Below, one piece after another: positions 24,897 to 29,340 of a DNA stretch of 29,340 nt (positions are counted from its first letter, which is position 1; each line of letters opens with the position of its first letter). The DNA is taken from IMG/VR virus record IMGVR_UViG_3300034101_000148, positions 1 through 29,340 of that record. One strand, written 5' to 3'. The notes beneath the pieces are model-generated. The model saw nothing but the letters and a program-made list of their open reading frames with translations, was not told the origin of the DNA and did not search any database. Both the position numbers and the translations under genes were made by a program. The DNA comes from a virus. Its lineage: Duplodnaviria > Caudoviricetes.

Positions 24897-25550
24897 TTAA
24901 AATTCTACCCACCCGGTCATAACGTACTTGCTATCTTTCAACGGAGGGTTACCACGATGGGTATGAGTGAATGCGGCTGGCCAAAGTAGAAGTCGCCCCG
25001 CTTTAGGCTGAACACGTTTACCTAGATAAAGAAATTCTGTTTCACCACCATCTGATATGTCATTTAAATACAGAATGAATACCAATAAACGATTCGCGCG
25101 TTCCCGTGTCATCGACTCGTAGTGCCACATATGATAGCCACCACCCGGCGGGGTTTTTTGAAGTTTAACCGAATAGATTTTGTGCGAAGCTGATGCTTGT
25201 AAGATTGAATACTTCTCAACATACAGTGGGTAACACGCTGACCAGAACACATCATTGAACCCGGCGCACTCAATTTTTAATTCATCGTTTGTATAAACAG
25301 AGCAGTTAGCAAAATCTATTGATTGATCTTTCATCACATGAGATGGGTGATCCATACCTTGTACACGAGAGTAGGCCATCCCTGCTGCATCTACTTTGTC
25401 AAAATGTTTAATCCAACTCTGGCAGTACTGCTCGGAAAACATCCCGTCAAATACACCTACAGCATTGTCGTCGATGCTGTAATCAAGTGTTGGAATCCTA
25501 TCCCGTATCTGCTGCTCAAGGGGTGACTTTATTTTCCGCACTCTTTCCAT
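24897..25550 (-). CDS. 2OG-Fe(II) oxygenase, prolyl 4-hydroxylase-like, 217 aa
   Basis: GGGYHMWHYE (HxE), R.LVFILYLND..GGETEF, P..G.LL.WP..THTHRG.PP..KY..TGW. Start moved to ATG 25550 (MERVRK), which has GAGGA upstream. Confidence 0.92.
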   Translation of the reverse strand: MERVRKIKSPLEQQIRDRIPTLDYSIDDNAVGVFDGMFSEQYCQSWIKHFDKVDAAGMAYSRVQGMDHPSHVMKDQSIDFANCSVYTNDELKIECAGFNDVFWSACYPLYVEKYSILQASASHKIYSVKLQKTPPGGGYHMWHYESMTRERANRLLVFILYLNDISDGGETEFLYLGKRVQPKAGRLLLWPAAFTHTHRGNPPLKDSKYVMTGWVEF

Positions 25551-25789
25551 GTTTCCTCGCGTACTAATACTAATAACTTGCTCATCACTTCGCTTTGCGA
25601 CTTGGGTTTGCCTTGTCGGTGGTTTTCGTCGAACTGATTCGCCATCGCTGTAATGATCTCCCAATCAATATGAGCAAGTTTTAAATCCTCCCCAATTTGC
25701 GCCCAGACTTTCTCTTGTGGCGGCATTTGTATTACGTGTTCGGGTTTAATGTCTAGGTAAGACACATCGTCATCATCGTTTGAAGTCAT
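25529..25789 (-). CDS. Hypothetical protein, 86 aa
   Basis: GGAG upstream; short overlaps with both neighbours in a packed operon. Confidence 0.7.
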   Translation of the reverse strand: MTSNDDDDVSYLDIKPEHVIQMPPQEKVWAQIGEDLKLAHIDWEIITAMANQFDENHRQGKPKSQSEVMSKLLVLVREETWKECGK

Positions 25790-26945
25790 CTCTGATCTCC
25801 TGAATAAGTTCTTGAATCTGATTAGTCCACGGGACTGTCATGCCCTCGCGGGGAAATAGTTTTACTGACGGATAAAACAGGCTACTGCGTCCGTTCTTGT
25901 GATTCCAATACCAAAGTTTGTTTGCGTCAAGTACATACGTCGGTCTTCCCAACGCACCTGCGATATGCACGTTCGCATTACTGACTGACACCACCGCGTT
26001 ACACAACGACATGATCGCAGCCGCACCTTCCAAGTCAAAGAAGTTACTGACGGTGGTCTGCCACACTTGCTTGCCTGTCTTCTCCTCAAACGGCTCGATG
26101 TCATGATCAGGTTTGCCGTACTGAAGATTGACTACTTTGACATTCGGGATATCCCACAACCCAAGCAATTCTTCCAACGCCACGCTCTTGTGCTTGTCGA
26201 TACGGGGCGCGGTGCTTGCCCACGATAGGCCAATGACGAATTCTTCTCCGGTCAGATTTAATTCTTGCTTGACCTGTTCAATACGCGCCGGGTCAGGTGC
26301 AATATATCTAGGGGCAGCAAATATCTGTATGTCTTCTTGTCGTTTAATAAAGTGTCTACCGATACTGGCAATCGCAATCTGCGAGTCGTAGTCAGAGTTA
26401 TTCACTTTGGAGTTGTGCGGGATGAAAGTAATGTGCTGATTCGGTCGTTGCAGCAATCCCATCATGCGAACATCAATCATGACCGTAACTTTCTCGGTCT
26501 GACTCTTCAGTGCGTCAATTAAACTTCCATACAGCAACTGATCACCAATGCCCTGCTCACACCATACAAGCACAGACTTGTAACCTTTTCCCGATTCCCA
26601 CGTAGGCAGTTTGGTTTTAAGTTTTGGGGAATTAAAAACGCTGCTATCCCACCGCCCATCGTACAACTCCCATCCGCGCTCAAAGTTGCCGGTCTGCAAC
26701 TCAATCAGACCCATCGTCCACTTGGCATCTGCGCTATCAGGATCAAGTTGTAAGGCTCGGCTAAAATCTTCTTTAGCCTTGTCCCAACGTTTCATCTCCC
26801 AATGCACCCGACCGCGCTGTACGTAAGACGCTACGACTAACGGATGCAGTTCGATGATCGTGTTCAGATTCGGTAGTGCGTCGTCAAACTTGTCGCCATC
26901 AATGTTAGCGAGTGCGTCCTTGAACATATCCTGTAATGATCTCAC
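25773..26945 (-). CDS. TPR-repeat protein fused to a GT-B glycosyltransferase (family 9/heptosyltransferase-like), 390 aa
   Basis: About three TPRs (SYVQRGRVHWEMKRWDKAKEDFSRALQLDPDSADA), G.FE.GW..Y..RW, VWCEQGIGDQL, IGLSW.S, VNLQYG, AA.M..C..VVSV.N..VH.AGALG.P..VL, W.W..S.FYPSV.LF. Confidence 0.88.
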   Translation of the reverse strand: MRSLQDMFKDALANIDGDKFDDALPNLNTIIELHPLVVASYVQRGRVHWEMKRWDKAKEDFSRALQLDPDSADAKWTMGLIELQTGNFERGWELYDGRWDSSVFNSPKLKTKLPTWESGKGYKSVLVWCEQGIGDQLLYGSLIDALKSQTEKVTVMIDVRMMGLLQRPNQHITFIPHNSKVNNSDYDSQIAIASIGRHFIKRQEDIQIFAAPRYIAPDPARIEQVKQELNLTGEEFVIGLSWASTAPRIDKHKSVALEELLGLWDIPNVKVVNLQYGKPDHDIEPFEEKTGKQVWQTTVSNFFDLEGAAAIMSLCNAVVSVSNANVHIAGALGRPTYVLDANKLWYWNHKNGRSSLFYPSVKLFPREGMTVPWTNQIQELIQEIRDDFKR

Positions 26946-27058
26946 CAGTAATCCCTCCCACTTCGTTTAGCTCCCCATGCGGGAGGTGGCACGTGCGCCC
27001 ATTCTCTCTTACGAAATTCATCTGCCCTTCTGAAAAACCCTAGTATCCACCTGATCAT
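26942..27058 (-). CDS. Small Trp/Arg-rich protein, 38 aa, missed by the ORF track
   Basis: Manual translation: MIRWILGFFRRADEFRKREWAHVPPPAWGAKRSGRDYW. ATGA overlap with the upstream stop (27055-58) and GTGA overlap with the downstream start (26942-45); fills the gap exactly. Confidence 0.75.
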   Translation of the reverse strand: MIRWILGFFRRADEFRKREWAHVPPPAWGAKRSGRDYW

Positions 27059-28062
27059 GCGGCTTCCCCCTTTGTAATTTCATAACTCTTCTCAACCACG
27101 CCCTTCTCGCGGTTGCCTACGAAACATGATCGAACAAACGTCTGCGCTCCGCTCGACAGGTTCCGTAGGTGCGCCCTTCGGAAATGATATCTTGGGCCAT
27201 CTCGGTCACTTCCCTCTCGGCTACCCAGTGTTTCTTTCACCGTACCGTGAGGCAGTCTTAGTACGTGATACTCAAACCCACCCACACCCTGCTTATCCAT
27301 CGTACGGTTCTTGGTATAAGACTTTTCCTTACGAGACTCCAACACCGCACCGACACGTAAGGCATGACAGGCTTGCACGACTAAACTGATGTCACCCTGA
27401 AACTCAGAGAACACCGCTGAACCGATCTCTTTATCTTTCGCTTCGATGTATCTGTTATTGACCAGATCGTAGACTTCTGCGGTTGTACCCCACCCTTTTC
27501 TACCATCCGAATAACTCATCGGATAAACTTTGAGCGGATCAAATACTGTCACACTAGTTGGTTGGGGGTTCCACCGCTTCACGCTTTCGTGATAACAAAT
27601 ACTCAGGAAACAAATCCTAGTGGGTAAAGATTTATCTTCCCCCTCTATTTCGACTAATTGTTTCCCGTCAACGACCAAAGAGATTCGCTTCGGTGGGTTC
27701 TCCGTAATCATCGGTGAACCATCAAGACTGTATGATGGGTTAATGTTTTTATCTAAATCATGAGTCCATGCGTATTCAAACGATGTGATAGGCGCGGGTA
27801 ATCCTGTCAGCGACGGACATTCTTGGTCGCTCGGCCCTGTCGTTTTATTATCTCTATAGATCTCGCCGTTCGGCGGCAGCACAATGTGTGTCGCTTGCCT
27901 GAGCAAACTCGCTATGTATCTGTAAGACTCAGCAAAGGCTAGAAGTTTTTTCTTATCCTCGCCGTAATACGCTTGGGCTTGCCTGACAGCATTTTTGTAG
28001 CCTAGTTCCAGATCCCGCACTGCTTCGGCAGCGTACTGTGGTAAATAATCTTTCTCAGTCAT
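27055..28062 (-). CDS. Hypothetical protein with C-terminal PRxHxRRxHxR motif, 335 aa
   Basis: GPRYHFRRAHLRNL..FVR.C.VG...G.V.K.Y is a recurrent C-terminal motif in phage early proteins of unknown function; ATGA overlaps. Confidence 0.8.
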   Translation of the reverse strand: MTEKDYLPQYAAEAVRDLELGYKNAVRQAQAYYGEDKKKLLAFAESYRYIASLLRQATHIVLPPNGEIYRDNKTTGPSDQECPSLTGLPAPITSFEYAWTHDLDKNINPSYSLDGSPMITENPPKRISLVVDGKQLVEIEGEDKSLPTRICFLSICYHESVKRWNPQPTSVTVFDPLKVYPMSYSDGRKGWGTTAEVYDLVNNRYIEAKDKEIGSAVFSEFQGDISLVVQACHALRVGAVLESRKEKSYTKNRTMDKQGVGGFEYHVLRLPHGTVKETLGSREGSDRDGPRYHFRRAHLRNLSSGAQTFVRSCFVGNREKGVVEKSYEITKGEAA

Positions 28063-28271
28063 TTCTTCACCTCGCGCTCTGACAGCATCGCATCCGCTGT
28101 GGCATAGGCAAGTTTAGTGACTTCCTCGGGACGCAGGACTACGCCATGAGATATGACGTAACCCTGCATCGCCTTGGCAGCAAAGTAATCCCGCAAAGTC
28201 ATGCCGTGTCCCCACCACTTCAGACGCTCACCTTCCAACTGTGGAAAGGCAAACTCATTCTTGGGTTTCAC
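28059..28271 (-). CDS. Conserved small phage protein (AFP..GMTLRDYFAAKAMQ family), 70 aa
   Basis: AFP...GMTLRDYFAAKAMQG...AY..ADAML..R signature. Confidence 0.9.
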   Translation of the reverse strand: MKPKNEFAFPQLEGERLKWWGHGMTLRDYFAAKAMQGYVISHGVVLRPEEVTKLAYATADAMLSEREVKK

Positions 28272-28744
28272 GCCCGTTTCCTCCGGGCTATCTCGCGCTT
28301 CAGGTAAAACTCTGCTTTCTCAAGATCCTGCACCGGATCAACATCGACCTTCTTCCCTGCGCGAACAACGTACTTCACGACGTTGAACAGGTAAGCGTTC
28401 TCGGTCAGACCTTTGGCTTCCGCAAAGTCAATGAAATCGACGCCACCTGCTGTGTAGTGAGGCGGTCTGTTCACGAGATCGGGCTGTTGGTTTTTTAAGA
28501 GAGTTAGTGCTTTGTCTAAATAGTCAGGCTGCACAATCACTTTCTTCGGCTTGTCTTTGATCTTGTCCAACGCATTGAGCGTGGCCTTCATCTCCGTGAC
28601 CGCTTTGACGATCCTCGATTGCTTTTTCTGGTCAGTCCACCGGACGAAATACACGTACTTTGTGGTTGACCTTGTTGCCTTCGCTACCTCGCTCACCTTC
28701 TTGCCTTGCGACAATAGGCTGAGAATCTTTTCTTTCTTGGACAT
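28268..28744 (-). CDS. DUF3310 (SaV-like, T7 gp1.7-related) protein with N-terminal HTH-like segment, 158 aa
   Basis: D.VN.P.HYT.GG...ID...N.VKY..RAG.K..QDL.KA.FYL.REI; N-terminal KEKILSLLSQGKKVSEVAKATRSTTKYVYFV; AGGAG upstream. Confidence 0.88.
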   Translation of the reverse strand: MSKKEKILSLLSQGKKVSEVAKATRSTTKYVYFVRWTDQKKQSRIVKAVTEMKATLNALDKIKDKPKKVIVQPDYLDKALTLLKNQQPDLVNRPPHYTAGGVDFIDFAEAKGLTENAYLFNVVKYVVRAGKKVDVDPVQDLEKAEFYLKREIARRKRA

Positions 28745-29024
28745 AACTAATCAACTCCTTGCGTAGGTTCTCTACGTTTGTTTCATCAACTATGACCGCG
28801 ACCCCTCCTGCTTTTCGGATGTCATCGCAGTGCTTCAACTGTAGTGCGGTGGGCTTCCCACCGTTTGCTTTACACTCTATAGCATAAAACAACCCGGCGA
28901 TACAAATAATAAAATCGGGCACACCACTGTTCCCGTAACCCCCTGTAACTGGCATCGTGTAATACGCGCCAAGATCCGACAGGATCTCTTTGACACGCTT
29001 CTTTACTTTGACCTCGGGAGTCAC
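28632..29024 (-). CDS. VRR-NUC domain nuclease (putative Holliday junction resolvase), 130 aa
   Basis: TPE.KVK..V..GYG.SGVPD.I.C..G.F.AIECKA..KPTALQ..I..AGG.A..V.E.N. Confidence 0.9.
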   Translation of the reverse strand: MTPEVKVKKRVKEILSDLGAYYTMPVTGGYGNSGVPDFIICIAGLFYAIECKANGGKPTALQLKHCDDIRKAGGVAVIVDETNVENLRKELISYVQERKDSQPIVARQEGERGSEGNKVNHKVRVFRPVD

Positions 29025-29044
29025 CGTATTAACTAATACGCTAC

Positions 29045-29326
29045 TTAGACCGGAGTCTTCCCGGTCAGTTCATCTAAAAAACTATTGGGCAAACAAACCA
29101 CATATTCATGGGCGCCGGTCATCCACCCGGTATCTAAGAAATGTTCAGGGACATAATCGGGGCGAGACATAGAATCACGCCGACTATCCTTACACGGCCA
29201 GTCAATCGCATGAATCATGGCTAAGACTTCTTTTAACTTCATCGGCATTGTCTTGAGCGTAAACACACGCACAAGGTTATCGCTCACTCGTATGTGAAAC
29301 TCTCCCACATCAGTAAAACGTCTCAT
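29045..29326 (-). CDS. Hypothetical protein, possibly 5'-truncated by the window edge
   Basis: 93-aa ORF co-oriented with the early arm; the frame stays open upstream of ATG 29326 to the end of the window. Confidence 0.65.
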   Translation of the reverse strand: MRRFTDVGEFHIRVSDNLVRVFTLKTMPMKLKEVLAMIHAIDWPCKDSRRDSMSRPDYVPEHFLDTGWMTGAHEYVVCLPNSFLDELTGKTPV

Positions 29327-29340
29327 GTATACGTACGTTG

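Noticed and set aside
24897-25550. Oxygenase as a TET/JBP DNA base hydroxylase
   Set aside because: Motifs (WHxE, LYLND, GGETEF, HRG.PP) match the P4H-like group common in aquatic phages, and no DNA methyltransferase is visible in the window.
769-28766. Numerous 60-200 aa antisense or nested ORFs (for example 5041-5553, 5430-5966, 12209-12814, 17173-17703, 21894-22337)
   Set aside because: Shadows of long genuine genes; no motifs, and they conflict with the clean two-arm strand organisation.
1-29340. Stop-codon reassignment, introns or inteins
   Set aside because: TAA, TAG and TGA all end well-supported genes, coding density is high under the standard code, and polymerase, helicase and primase motifs are contiguous.

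Overview
Fragment of a tailed dsDNA bacteriophage (or prophage) genome with a podovirus-like layout. No tRNA, rRNA, CRISPR array, integrase or RNA polymerase is visible. Two gene arms converge at ~13,345. The + arm (1-13345) is late/virion: the end of a small beta-rich structural gene, a 1479-aa protein carrying a large Cys-rich tandem array, two Gln/Ala-rich ejection-type proteins, and a 2060-aa polyvalent protein with ART-like, HExxH zincin-like and PLxRFG-like segments. The - arm (13342-29340) is early/replication: AEP primase-DUF927 helicase fusion, HTH, SSB-like protein, SNF2 helicase, small HNH-like protein, wHTH, Cas4/RecB-like nuclease, compact family A DNA polymerase (Leu at the 762-equivalent site), 2OG-Fe(II) oxygenase, TPR-glycosyltransferase, DUF3310, VRR-NUC and small hypotheticals, two of which the ORF track missed. 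The best candidate for an undescribed system is ORF 220-4659. It contains 78 Cys in 39 pairs, partly encoded by a 54/108/324-bp higher-order repeat, lying between repeated [FYM]-x-x-G-G motifs. The protein ends in a GEFV module like that of tape measure proteins, while the three downstream virion proteins (2886 aa) contain no Cys. All family calls are motif recognition by eye, not database searches.
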